A stretch of 64,000 nt of DNA, taken from positions 160,518,001-160,582,000 of the forward strand of contig OZ024742.1 in assembly GCA_964016885.1 (NCBI GenBank), in the 5' to 3' direction. Below the pieces are notes generated by a model. That model saw only the letters and a list, made by a program, of their open reading frames with translations. It was not told where the DNA came from and searched no databases. A program made the translations under genes and the position numbers. Positions 12,897-26,305 of the stretch are shown here, one piece after another (position 1 is the stretch's first letter; each line of letters opens with the position of its first letter). Origin of the DNA: Eledone cirrhosa. Its lineage: Eukaryota.

Positions 12897-15418
12897 GGCG
12901 ACCTACGTAGTAAATCGTATCATCGTGAGCTCCGCAAAGGTTTGTTATTTTCAGTTAGTTAAAATTGCCATTTATGGAAAGTTTTTATTGTTAACTGTTT
13001 ACTGTTAACTGCACATACATTGATTTCTGAAAAGGACACTAAAAAATATTGGGGCTTTGAGCCCAAAATTTAAACTTTTTATAATTATCAAACAAAAATT
13101 TTTCTTTGAAAAATCATGGATGTCTCAGAGTCACTCCTTCCTCACAATCTAACACCTCCTCACACCGACACCACCATTGTAAATATTGCTACGTTTGCCA
13201 ACACTGGAAAAGGAAGCAGTAGCAATATTTTAAATTTGTCTCAGGCAGACGTTCATTTCCCGCCATTACCAATGACTGCAGGTGTTAACATAGATAATTT
13301 TAGGCCCATAACTCTGCTAAACACAGAGTTCAAGATTTTGGACAAGGTGCTAGCAAAGAGGTTGGCGCTTGTCGTTGGTGGTCTGGTGGGAGAGGCGCAG
13401 ACATGCGCCATTCCCGACAGATCCATCCACGACAACCTTCACCTCATGCAATACATCGTAGAGAGGGTAGCTAGGGAACCTGGCACGGGTGGGTCCTTGA
13501 TCAATTTAGATCAGTCGAAAGCTTTCGATAGGGTCGACCATCGTTACCTAGTGGCAGTCCTGGGGGCGGCTGTATTTGGGCCCGTCTTCAGAGGCTGGAT
13601 CGCGGCCATGCACAGCGACATCTGCTCTGTGGTGAGAGTGAACGGTCACCTTTCGGAACCGTTCAACATCATGCGCTCGGTCCGCCAAGGATGTCCCCTC
13701 TCGTCCCTCTTGTACGTATTGACTCTCGAGCCATTACTGCACAAGCTAGAGACGTTGAGGGCGTCCCGCGAGAACTAGGATGCGGAAGATCCCCGTCAGC
13801 ATTTGCGGACAATGTCCCCGTAGTGGTGTCGAACGCCAAACACATCGAGGCGATCGGCACTACACTAAGAGAATACGAAGCGGTGACAGGAGCAATGATC
13901 AACCAGGAAAAGTCAGTGGGCCTGCAGCTCGGCACCTGGAGAGGCAGGTCCATGCCGTCCAACAGCGTCGTCGGGCGCTGGACGGACGGACCAGTTAAAT
14001 TGCTCGGGTTCTGGTTCGGTCCAGATCTCCAGACGGACAAAAACTGTGACGAGGTGACGAGCAGGGTGGTTTCTCTCACCCAGAAATGGGCCGAGAGGAA
14101 GCTATCCCTGAAAGGTCGAGCGGAGGTGGCTAACGCGTATATCGCGCCCGTCATCTACTACCGACTGACCGTCGTACCTTGTCCTAAGCCCCGCCTGACT
14201 GTGCTGGAGCGTTTGCTCTTTCGCTTTTTGTGGAAGGGACGCGCTCCGATGGTCAGGCGGTCCATCTGCTGTCAACACCCGCTATGTGGAGGGCTGGGAA
14301 TGCCGTGGCTTATGATGCGCAGACACGCGCTCAGGCTACGACATCTCCACCTCTTCTTCGACAGTGATCAGGTGTGGTCTCCGTTTGTTAGATGCGTCTT
14401 TCCCCAGCTCGTCTCCTTGACGGAGCTGCAGTCCTGGGTCAAGCGAAGACCGAGAGGGAGTGCTTGGAGACTGGAATGTCTTCAGGCGCTCACAGCCCTC
14501 GACCAATCGGGCAATGTGATCGGTGGAAACTCCACCTTCGCGTTCTATAGAGGATTAGTGGAGGGGAAGAGCGACGACGTACTTGGGGAAACTCTAGGCG
14601 TCGACGCAAGTCAACTAGCCAATCTCTTCGGAAGAATTTCGGGCCGGGGCCTATGGACAACTTCCAGAAATCCCTGGCCTGGCAGTGCTACCGAGGAGCT
14701 TTGCCAGTTCGGGATAAACTCTATAGGTATGGAGGTGCCGTCAGCCGGGCATGTCCGAGATGCACGCAGGGCGACGAAACCGTCCTGCACGCACTCGTCC
14801 AGTGTCCGAGCATTGCTGACTTGTGGGTTTATGTCGAACACCTGCTGTCGCGTGTAGGACGGATCCAGCTATCAGCTGAGTCCATCGTGAACATTGCCCC
14901 GCCCTCTTCCTTTAGCCGGGAAAGGCAGGCAGTTTTTATCTGTCTGGTGGCCATGGCGAAAGAGATAGTATGGTGGACACGTTTGAAAGGGCTGAAGACG
15001 AGCACTTACCTCTTCGGTGATGCCCTGATTAACTTTTTCAAATTTCATTTAAAAAGGAAAATCAGGGTAGAGAGGGAAGTGCTCTCTTCCCAGCATTTTG
15101 TTTAAAAATGGGTGAGAGAGGCAAGAATGGCCCGAGTGAATGGGCCTATTCTGAGTATGTGTCTGTAAATTAAAGGTTGAAAACTGGGAGAGGGCACTTG
15201 CCCTGGTGGTCAGGGTCACTGTGGCTTTTTAATGGGCTTTCTCCACGAATGTCCCTCGGAAGTCTCCCCCCTATCGGGGAATTTGTTATTGTTCTATTAT
15301 TACATCCTCTGTTTCTTGTTTTTTACACGCAGAAATGCCCATTTGTACCGCCCTCTATTGTCCTGTACTGTCCTTAATGTCTACTTTATGTAGACCCTTG
15401 TGGTTAATAAAGAAAACA
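12897..15418 (+). mobile_element. L1/Tx1-clade LINE, copy 2, internally deleted (~3.25 kb), tandem to copy 1
   Basis: Same 5' start and 3' end; at 13288 jumps from the ORF1 start (copy 1 ~7743) to RT (copy 1 ~10995); retains the AFADNV...LLGFWFG segment. Confidence 0.92.
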
Positions 15419-15679
15419 TTATTATTATTATTATTGTTGTTGTTGTTGTTGTTATTTTCATTGTTGTTTGTGGTTTTCCTTTCCCTTCAATTTTGTTTCC
15501 ATTCCTTCCCGTTTGTCTTCCCGACACTTAAGGCAGAGAGACTCACTGCATAAATTGAGAAGGCCCGAAAATAAACACACCAGATTGTTCACGTCAAGCA
15601 CTCGGCACAGTTACAAATAATATCATTTGCTTTGTACATGTTCATATTATCTGTTAAAAATCATATTTACAACAGAATA

Positions 15680-15873
15680 ATAATTGTTTCTATTTTGGGC
15701 ACAAAGCCAGCAATTACCCAGTGTTTTACTGGTACTTTATTTTATCGACCGCGTAAGGATGAAAGGCAAAGTTAACCTTGGTGGGATTTGAACACAGACC
15801 GTAAACGGGCGTAACTCTATGCTGCAAAGCATAGCGTCCGACCCTCTCCCGATACTACCAATCCACCGCCCTT
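15680..15873 (-). mobile_element. tRNA-derived SINE (Meta-like family)
   Basis: Full-length match to the 1143-1318 family. Confidence 0.85.
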
Positions 15874-15979
15874 AAAACAGAATAATAATGAATCATGTTA
15901 GTGTGCTCAATTATTTACAACTTACATATGGAATATAATCAAATAAAGTTTTGTAAAAAAATATTACATAGAGGATTAT

Positions 15980-16940
15980 CATTTTCTCAGCGATAGTGCT
16001 CTTCTCAATACGTGTGCCGTACCAGTTAAAATAATTTTTTGTATTTCTTGTGTTGATGGTAAGCCAGCGATCATTCTCAAATAAATTTCTGTTCCTTTTT
16101 AGATCATGCATTGCTCCTACAATCACTGGTATTTTAACCACCTAGAGACGCCACTTTTTTTTTTTCTATTTCAATTAGCAATCCTTTATATTTTATCAGC
16201 TTGTATGGGATGCTCACATCAATCAACAAATAGATTGTTATTTTTGGTCTTTTACAATAATATCAGGTCTTATTAGCTTTGATGATTCTGTCTGTATGTA
16301 AAGGATAGTCTCAAAGAATCGTTACATTTTCCCCTCAATTACAGCCTCGATGTTTATACCACTTGTCAACAGTTTTAATTTTATAATTGTTTCTACTCTT
16401 GGCACAAGGCCATCAATTACCCAGTACATTACTTGTACTTTATTTTATCGACCCCGTAAGGATGAAAGGCAAAGTTAACCTCGACGGGATTTGAACTCAG
16501 ACCGTAAAGGGACGTAACTATGCTGGAAAGCATAGTTAATTTTATAATGATAATTTTATAATGATAATTTTATAATGATAGTTTTATAATGATAATTTTA
16601 TAATTATAAAGCATAGTTAAATTTTATAATGACGATATATTAACCCGTGTAAACATTGGCCAACTCTGCCATGCCTTGATTTATACGCTACTGTTGATAA
16701 AACTTTACATCCAGAGATTAAGTGATCACTGTTTCAATCTCATCATTGCAGAATCGGCAATTTGGATCTACTCCATTTCTCATCACATTGGCTTGATATT
16801 TCCGAGTTAATCTCGAGACAATAAGATGAAGCCTTCACGCACTAACTACGTAGCCACTGAATGGTGTGCTTCTGGCCAAGATCAGTTTATTTACTATGGG
16901 CCACATATTTTCCATGCATAGGTTTCTGCTCCCATACTAA
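15980..16940 (-). pseudogene. Older, divergent R4/Dong-like RLE LINE relic interrupted by a SINE
   Basis: Minus translation gives WEQKPMHGKY (~16905-16935), VKIPVIVGA and EIQKIILTGTAHVLRRALS (~15985-16050), homologous to the ORFs at 5531-6631. Confidence 0.75.
16385..16535 (-). mobile_element. tRNA-derived SINE inserted in the Dong relic, followed by a TAATTTTATAATGA tandem repeat
   Basis: SINE family match; 14-bp repeat at 16538-16632. Confidence 0.8.
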
Positions 16941-16962
16941 TAATGGTAATAATAATAAAAAA

Positions 16963-17160
16963 TAATTGTTTCTACGCTAGCCAACAGGGAGAGGGGAAAG
17001 TCGATTAAATCGAAGTGCATTACTGATGCTTTATTTATCGATCCCATAAGGATGAAAGGCAAAGCTAACTTCGGCGTGATTTGAAATCAGAAGGTAAAGG
17101 GACCTAACATTATGCTGCAAAGCACGGTGTCCGACTCTTTAACGATACTGCCAACCCAAA
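16963..17160 (-). mobile_element. tRNA-derived SINE
   Basis: Family match. Confidence 0.75.
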
Positions 17161-17400
17161 ATAATAAAAATAATAATGATAATCATCATCATCATCATCA
17201 CTTTTTTTATAATCGTTGTCTTATTATATATTATATATATATATATATGCATATCGATAAATACATATACTTACGCATGCACGCACGTATGTATGTATGT
17301 AAATATATATAAATAAATATTCATATATATTTACATATATATACATACAAATGCACATAAATACACACATACACACAGATATATATATATATATATATAT

Positions 17401-18496
17401 AGTAATAATAATAAAATTGAAGACTAAAATCCAGAGAGGGCTCGATCAGGAAAATATATATCAAATATATAAGAACCGAAGAGCAAATATTTATTAAAAT
17501 AACAGATAGCACGATCTATACGTGGATATTTACGTCTTGATGTGGGAGCTAAGTATATGTTTGTTTATTCCTTTACTTATTTGCATAGGTAAGTATATAT
17601 TACCCGTATGTTTTGTGAAGGTATGTATACCTTCTCGTACGTATATTTGACTGTCTTGGCGTATAATTTTTACATATTCTGGTATTTAGGGCTTGGTTAT
17701 GTGTATTTGGGAGTTTTGCGTCTGCGTGAGTATGCAGGTTCGTACGTATGGTGGGTGTGTGTATATGTGTACTTCTTGTTTTAGTTGACTTACGTCTCCG
17801 AACCTTCTTGTATTTATTTGTAGGTATGTGTGTGCGCTTGTTATATACGTATTTATTTACTTATATACGTTTATATAATTATTTATTTATTTGTACACAA
17901 GCATACACACATACACATATTTATATGTGCGTGGTTTTGTATACCTATGGTAAGGTTTTGCGTATGCTTGTGTATGTACGTATCTGTTTGCGTGTATGTA
18001 TTTATTTGTTCCTATTACTTCTGTATTGTATTTATTTACTTTGTTCTTAACTCTGTAGCGGAGATTCATTCGGTCTCCTAGTTAGAATTTTAGTCTACGA
18101 CTTCTGCTATACCATTTACGTGGTTTTGTCTTTGCACGCTATTGTTCTCCACGTTCCACATATGACTTATTATCTTCGTTTTTTCGTTCATTGCCAGAGA
18201 ACGCCTCTATGCACCACTTAGAGAACATTAGTCTACGACCTCTTTTATACCATAAACGTGGTTCTGTCCTTGCACGTTTTTGTTTTTCACCGCTCCTATT
18301 AATGACGTATTATTCGTTTTTTCCCGTTCTTTGCCAGCGAACGTCACCATGAACCAAAGTATCGTCTTCCTGTCTTCCTCCGGTTGCAACGTTTTTTGAA
18401 ATATCCAGTTCTGCGTTTACAGATTGACTTTGTTAGTTTCAGAAGATCCCGTTAAGGGTGAAAGCAGCGATTCTTTGCTTAAACTTTAATCTGTTA

Positions 18497-18500
<4 letters not shown>
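17401..18500 (+). mobile_element. Non-coding PLE pLTR-like element, family D (inverted 3' tail at the 5' end, HHR near the 3' end)
   Basis: 17401-17505 is the inverted tail also seen at 23090-23222 and 23561-23712; internal ~130 bp direct repeat at 18086/18228; flanked by (TA)n. Confidence 0.6.
18435..18485 (+). ncRNA. Hammerhead-like motif with U4A core variant (family D)
   Basis: agttt-CAGAAGA-t ccc gttaa ggg t-GAAA-gca gcgattctt tgc-TT-aaact. Confidence 0.65.
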
Positions 18501-18559
<59 letters not shown>

Positions 18560-18562
<3 letters not shown>

Positions 18563-18940
18563 TATGTACACGTACATACATACATGTATACCGACGTACA
18601 GTAGTATGTATATATATATATACATACATGCACACATATATATATGCACGTATGGATTCACCGAACATTTATTATAATGCTCGGTGTGTTTGTAAACAAA
18701 CATCCCGTATTAAGCCGTAGTGTCTAGCAACCACCGTTGCTCGTTTGTTCAACACTGACAAAGGAACGCTGTACTAGTTTCAAGCTTGTTAGCTATCGTC
18801 AGCAACGTATACCTTCCTGCCAGATTGTTGAACGTATATACTTACCTTATGCATACTTATATTTAAGTAACATACTTATATTTAAGTAACAGCCGTACTA
18901 AGAGTGGGAAATGAAATATCGTTTCATTTTTTCCGTTTAT
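18560..18940 (-). mobile_element. HHR-bearing element, family C
   Basis: Same family at 22020-22920, 43030-43420 and 47840-48010. Confidence 0.8.
18766..18808 (-). ncRNA. Minimal hammerhead ribozyme (family C)
   Basis: acgttg-CTGACGA-t agct aaca agct t-GAAA-ctag-TA-cagcgt. Confidence 0.85.
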
Positions 18941-18954
18941 ATATATATATATAT

Positions 18955-19150
18955 GAATAAAGTGGTCCTTCATCAGTGATCTTCCAACCATCATCGGTAT
19001 TTCTTCGCTTTAAAGACCATATACCTCCGGTTGGTGCGAGCAACGGCTAAAGAAAGTCGTTGGGACATGTAAATAAAGGGAACAGCGAGAATGTAAACAA
19101 ACAAAGATGGTGAAGCAACGAAAAGTGAGGAAGAGCGAGTCAAGTCCAAA
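18955..19150 (-). repeat. Interspersed repeat also present at ~33350-33545 (+)
   Basis: Shared ...ccggaggtatatggtctttaaagcga...gatcactgatgaaggac. Confidence 0.7.
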
Positions 19151-19209
19151 AATGTCTACTACTCCAAGGCTCTTTCCAAACAGAAAGATATTAGACTCTT
19201 TATACTACT

Positions 19210-21380
19210 TTTAAAGCGCAAATTGCAGCATTACCACAGTTTTCTTGTGACATATTGTCAGCCCCAAGACATTGCAAGCCTTCTCAAAAGTATCCATCAA
19301 GTGTTCCATAGCCTCTTCTGTGTGAGCTATGGGGTTACAGAGATCGGCATAGAGCAAATCACTCACCAATGACAAAAATACATTTTAATTTGACTTAAAA
19401 CGTCTAATATTGAAGACATTTATAATTGTTCGATAGCGGACATACTCACCATGCTTACACTCCTCAAAAAGCAGTTGCAATACCATTGTGAAGAACAAAG
19501 CAAACAATGTAGGAGCAGGATTATCTCTCTGCTTCACTCCATTCATGACGTTTACGGGTGCAGTCAGCTTTCCACTCACATTTACGCGACCTTGCCACCA
19601 TGAAAACCTTTCGGGATACTCATGTCACCCAAGTTTCTTGAATGTTCTCTACAAAGCTCCTGTATTCACCGTGTCAAATGATTTGCTGAGATCAACAAAG
19701 ACTTAACACAAATCCATGCCCTGTTCTAAGCACTTATCTTGCAATTGTTTGGCAGAAATGATCATGTCAGCCGACCTCCATCCTTCACGAAATTCTGATT
19801 GGGATTCCGGAAGAGAATCTCTGGCAATGTGTGTAAACAACCGAAAGTACAAAATCCTGCACATAACCTTCCCTACCACAGAGAGCAAAGATATGTCTTG
19901 ATAGTTGCCACAATCGTCTTTACTACTCCTACCATTATATAAGACACCAATCAGAGCATACTGCCAATCAAGAGAAACAAATACTTCATTCCAGATATCA
20001 AATGTGATGACGTGAAGTTATTTCAGAAGGTTCTCACCTCTAAATTTCAAAAGCTCGGTATTAATTCTGTTCATTCCCGGATATTTTGCTCCTATTTAGT
20101 TTAGTTATAGCTGTCTCTTCTTCCTCAAATGAAGGAACATTGGCCAAGGCATGCTTCACAAGATTACTAGGAAGGCTGTTTATAGAATTTGAAGGCAGAT
20201 TAAGGAGATCATCAAAGTTTTTCCACTGCTCATTTCCGTCCTTGCTTACGAACAGGCATAATCAGGGAAGAAGCTGTTCGTAATGCGAGACATTGTACAT
20301 TTGCTTTGTGTTATGTGAGTCTGATGTAGCCTAAATCACACCATCCTTCTTATTTCACCATGCATCCTTTATTTCACGAAACCTTGTACGCACCTTATTT
20401 GCCTGCAAGTCCTCTGCCAACCTTTTCTTTTCCATAGCCTCATATCTGTCATTAAGAAGGCTCAACAATACATTCCTACAAAATCTTTACTATATCCTTA
20501 TCATCCCCATTGAACCAATCCTGATGGTTTTCTTCACTTTGTCGAAAAGCACGGAACCGATATAACGTGTCTCTTTAAAAGACGGACAGTTGCTTCACAC
20601 TCAAGATGGTGTGTGGCTTTTGTGTATTCTTCCAGAACAGTTTCGTTCTTAAAATGTGAAATATTCAATCTTTTGAGCCCAACCACAAGGGTATTCTTAC
20701 CTTACACCCAGGTTTAGGCTGTGCACTAACTAAGAGATGGTCCGTATAAAACTCAAAACCACGAAGGATCCTGACCAATTGGACGTCACGGACATCACAT
20801 TTTCGCACAAGAGTATAATCCAAGTGTCACTGTTTAGTTGCATCCAGGTGGTTTTAACTTATTATTTTGCTGGAACATAGTGTTAGTTACTCATCCCCTC
20901 ACAAATTTGTAGTTAAAGAGTTCCGTTACTGTTGTAATGGACAACACCATGCCCGCGAAGCACTCTCCATGTTTCGAGGTCTTTACTTGCCCTAGCATTA
21001 AAGTCACCAAGGATGACAACCTTATCTACAATGGGATTACTGCACACTACAGTTTTAAAGCTTGTTAGAAAGATAATTTCTTATCTCCAGAAGCAGGTCT
21101 TGTCAAAGTGAATACACTAACTAAAGTCACATATCTACAATTTAGAGTGCAATCCTTATAGTCATCAAACGTTCGTTTATACAAAATGGAAATACTTCAA
21201 ACTTTGGCCATGCAAATGCCACACCAACCTCTCTTCTTAACCCCTACACTCAACCTTTCCAAAGGAAAGTGTAGTCACCAGCGCATTCCTTTATGTGATT
21301 TTCTTCCGCCAGAGGATTTTCCGATAGATCAAGCAGGGGGAGTTGCCGACATAGTCTACGAGGGTCCAACCATATAATAG
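19210..21380 (-). pseudogene. Decayed RTE-clade LINE (APE plus RT)
   Basis: VILGDFNAR (~21000); LSVVGKVMCRIL..LPESQSEFREGWRSADMIISAKQLQDKCLEQ; NGVKQ..APTLFALFF; LLYAD; many stops. Confidence 0.85.
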
Positions 21381-21668
21381 GTTGTACAGGGTACATATTA
21401 CATGTAGCACACGAGAGCGACCTGACATGATGTATACATACATACGTACATATGTATGCATATACATACATATATAGGTGTGACTATGCAGTTATTCATT
21501 CATGCTAAAACCGAACTCAGTCAATAACTAATTTGCTGGAGTGTAGACTTCAAGGAATTCAGTTGGATATACCGGCACTAATACATAATCATACTAGTAT
21601 TGTTCTTATTTCATCCAGTAATATTTTTCGAATTATTAAAAATAAAAATACACAAACAGAAACATCTG

Positions 21669-21802
<134 letters not shown>

Positions 21803-21823
21803 ATATGATATATATATATATAT

Positions 21824-21861
<38 letters not shown>

Positions 21862-22019
21862 ATATATCATATATATATACATATATATATATATAATATA
21901 TATATATATTATATATATAGATATATATATGATATATATATATATATATATCATATATATATATATATCATAAAAATATAAATACACAAACAGAAACATC
22001 TGTATATATATACGTATAT

Positions 22020-22920
22020 ATACGGAAAAAATGAAACAAAATTTCATTTCCCACTCTTAGTACGGCTGTTACTTAAATATAAGTATGTACACGTACATAC
22101 ATATATGTATACAGACGTACAGTAGTATGTATATATATATACATACATGCACACATATATATATGTACGTATTGGATTCACCGAACATTTATTATAATGC
22201 TCGGAGTGTTTGTAAACAAACATCTCGTATTAAGCCGTAGTGTCTAGCAACCATCGTCGCTCATTTGTGCAACACTGACAAAGGAACGCTGAAATAGGTG
22301 AACGCTGTCAGTGTTGAACAAACGAGCAACGATGTTTGCTAGACACTACGGCTTAATACGGGATGTTTGTTTACAAACACACCGAGCCTTATAATAAATG
22401 TTCGGTGAATCCAATACGTACATATATATATGTGTGCATGTATGTTTATATATATACATACTACTGTACGTCTGTATACATATATGTATGTACGTGTACA
22501 TACTTATATTTAAGTAACAGCCGTACTAAGAGTAGGAAATGAAATTTCGTTTCATTTTTTCCGTTTATCGTTTTCTGTGCACCCAGCCGATAAACCCACT
22601 CGAAATGCAAATTGGGCTACTCAGCCGTTAATATGCATAAGGTAAGTATAAACGTTCAACAATATGGCAGGAAGGTATACGTTGCTGACGATAGATAATA
22701 AGCTTGAAACTAGTACAGCGTTCCTTTGTCAGTGTTGAACAAACGAGCAACGATGGTTGCTAGACACTACGGCTTAATACGTGATGTTTGTTTACAAACA
22801 CACCGAGCATTATCATAAATGTTCCGTGAATCCATACGTACATATATATATGTGTGCATGTATGTATATATATATACATATTACTGTACGTCTGTATAGA
22901 TATATGTATGTACGTGTACA
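22020..22920. repeat. Family C palindrome (22022-22290 / 22301-22564) followed by a tandem pLTR-like copy with an HHR
   Basis: Direct inspection of the inverted and direct repeats. Confidence 0.85.
22679..22721 (+). ncRNA. Hammerhead ribozyme (family C)
   Basis: acgttg-CTGACGA-tagataataagctt-GAAA-ctag-TA-cagcgt; stem II has one mismatch. Confidence 0.75.
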
Positions 22921-22948
22921 TATATATATATATATATCATATATATAT

Positions 22949-22992
<44 letters not shown>

Positions 22993-23046
22993 ATATATAT
23001 ATATATATATATGATATATATATATGATATATATATCATATATATA

Positions 23047-23077
<31 letters not shown>

Positions 23078-23232
23078 ATATAGATATAAGGGTGAAAGCA
23101 GCGATTCTTTGCTTAAACTATAATCTGTTATTTAATAAATATCTGCTAACGGTTCTTATATATTTGATATATATTTCTCCTTATCGAGCCCTCTTTGGAT
23201 ATGTCTTCAAATTTATTATTTCTATATATATA

Positions 23233-23352
<120 letters not shown>

Positions 23353-23365
23353 TTATATATATATT

Positions 23366-23405
<40 letters not shown>

Positions 23406-23504
23406 ATATATATATAATATATATATTGGATCGTCAAGTATGAAATTTGTAGAAATTTGTAGAAATTTGTGGAAAAAAAGCAAAGAAAGTTAATTCTTAA
23501 CGAC

Positions 23505-23565
<61 letters not shown>

Positions 23566-23751
23566 ATAATAATAAATTTGAAGATTAAAATCCAAAGAGG
23601 GCTCGATAAGGATAAATATATATCAAATATATAAGAACCGTAGAGCAAATATTTATTAAAATAACAGATTAAAGTTTAAGCAAAGAATCGCTTAACAGGA
23701 TCTTCTGAAACTATATATATGTTTGTATATATATATATATATATATGTATG

Positions 23752-23805
<54 letters not shown>

Positions 23806-23866
23806 GGTGCACTTGCACCCGAAGTGTACGGTAAAGTTATATCTGGACACATAGAGTGAGGGTAGC

Positions 23867-23923
<57 letters not shown>

Positions 23924-23997
23924 CATATGTGTATATACATATGTATGTATGTATGTGTATATACATGTGTATATACATGCGTGTGTGTATATGCATA

Positions 23998-24032
<35 letters not shown>

Positions 24033-24057
24033 TTCCATATATATATATATATTTATG

Positions 24058-24148
<91 letters not shown>

Positions 24149-24179
24149 GTGTGTGTGTGTGTAACAATGTATCTATATA

Positions 24180-24241
<62 letters not shown>

Positions 24242-24729
24242 TATATAGATACATTCCTTTTTATATATACATAACTTACGCAACATTAGAACTTCCGAAG
24301 CAATGAGAGATTATGAGTCTCATAGTAAATTTAAGAAAACTGTGTGTGTATATATATATATATATATAATATTATCTAAAATGAATACAAAATTTATGTG
24401 GAAATTCCTAGCTACTCGGTTCCCGAGGCAAATTAATGTTTCTTCGGTCGGCACCGATTATGATTACATATTGAGGTTCCTTCCTTTTTACATTATAACC
24501 AAACATTCAAGCAACAGTATATACATTTGTCCTCCCGGCGCGGTTTCCAAGAAGAACTCCATGTCTCTTCCACAAATTTGGAGGATCAAATTATTCATAA
24601 TCAATTATTCTGAAAATAAATAGTGGAAATATAGTCACTGTTTTTATGAAGACAAGAGTGACAACGGGAGTAAAAAAAATTTGCATAAAATTAGCAGTTG
24701 AAAATTGCGAACAAATATCGTCCGCACCC

Positions 24730-24762
<33 letters not shown>

Positions 24763-25126
24763 TCGTATGCATTGAGGAACATATTAGTTATGTCCCAGAT
24801 GAATACATATGAATATATTTTATGATAGAGATAGCTGTAATAATACATCAGTTATAATATATTATGCAAATATATTTATATATATATACTATATAAAGCA
24901 TAGATATATTTATATATTTATTAAAGTTTGTGTTCGTATATATATATATATATATTCATAAATATATTTGCATAATATATTATATATATATATATGTATA
25001 TATATACACACACAAACTTAAAAATATATATATATACTATATCAAGCATAGATATATTAATATATTCATAAATATATTTGCATAATATATTATATACGTA
25101 TATAAATATATCTATGCTTGATATAG

Positions 25127-25158
<32 letters not shown>

Positions 25159-25194
25159 AGTTTGTCTGTGTGTATATATATGAATACATATATG

Positions 25195-25255
<61 letters not shown>

Positions 25256-25385
25256 GCAAAGTTTTATTTAAATTGTTGGGTTAACAACGAGTAAATATTT
25301 ATAACTGATATAAAAGCACTCAACAAGTATTTGGAGTATATTTACGATATTAAATAAATGGAAACTATATTAATAAAACCATATT

Positions 25386-25451
25386 TATTTCATTATATAT
25401 ATTTCAGGGATATCATATTAAAAATATGTTATGCCTTCTTCAGACAAAATA
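25386..25451 (-). ncRNA. Hammerhead ribozyme (family E)
   Basis: tattttgt-CTGAAGA-aggcataacatatttttaatatgatatccct-GAAA-tatata-TA-atgaaata. Confidence 0.8.
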
Positions 25452-25612
25452 CAATATAAACAGTCTTATAAATAGATAGATTCGACATACCTTTCAACTT
25501 CGACTTCTATTTGAAAAGTTGATTTGGTAGTGACTACCAAATCAACTTTTCAAATAGAAGTCGAAGTTGAAAGGTATGTCGAATCTATCTATTTATAAGA
25601 CTGTTTATATTG

Positions 25613-25696
25613 TATGTTGTCTGAAGAAGGCATAACATATTTAGAAGGCATAACATATTTTTAATATGATATCCCTGAAATATATATAATGAAATA
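25613..25696 (+). ncRNA. Hammerhead ribozyme (family E, plus arm, with a short duplication in stem II)
   Basis: CTGAAGA at 25621; GAAA tatata TA at 25677. Confidence 0.7.
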
Positions 25697-26008
25697 AATA
25701 TGGTTTTATAAATATAGTTTCCATTTATTTAATATCGTATATATATATATATATATATATATAAGCAAAGAGATAGTTAATTTGTTGGTTACTCAACAAA
25801 TTTATTCATAACAGATTCGAAGCACTCTACAAATATAGTTTCCATTTATTAATATTGATATTATACAGAGTATAATATCAATGATATTAATAAATGGAAA
25901 CTATATTTATAAAACCATATTTATTTTATTATATATATTTCAAGAGTACCATATATATATATATATATATAATATATAAGATCAAAAGATGGTTAAAAGA
26001 GTTCCATG

Positions 26009-26079
26009 TATTTTATTATGCGCATTTCAAAAACAAATATCATCATGCAATAACATTTGTGTTTTCATCAGATAAAATA
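26009..26079 (-). ncRNA. Hammerhead ribozyme (family B)
   Basis: Reverse complement of 3614-3684. Confidence 0.85.
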
Positions 26080-26247
26080 CGAAGACAAGACATGATATGA
26101 AGGTTAAAAAGCACCTGTGAATAGTGCAGTTTTAAATCAACATTTTGATCTTATATATTATGTATACTCCAGTCCTACAAACTGTAGAGTGCTTCTTATC
26201 CGATATCTGCATTGCTTTATTGTACTACAATAAAACTCACCTCCTAC

Positions 26248-26305
<58 letters not shown>

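Larger units (their letters stand above)
25345..25740. repeat. Palindromic HHR-bearing element, family E
   Basis: Centre ttggtagtgactaccaa at ~25531; relatives at 32520-32720, 32980-33145 and 40630-40740. Confidence 0.88.

Noticed and set aside
7708-14841. Antisense and alternate-frame ORFs over the LINE copies
   Set aside because: Shadow ORFs of GC-rich coding sequence
16538-16632. Short tandem array resembling CRISPR
   Set aside because: 14-bp tandem repeat without spacers, in a eukaryotic context
24370-24733. Possible mariner relic ending CACCCTGTA
   Set aside because: No matching second TIR or clear transposase motif found
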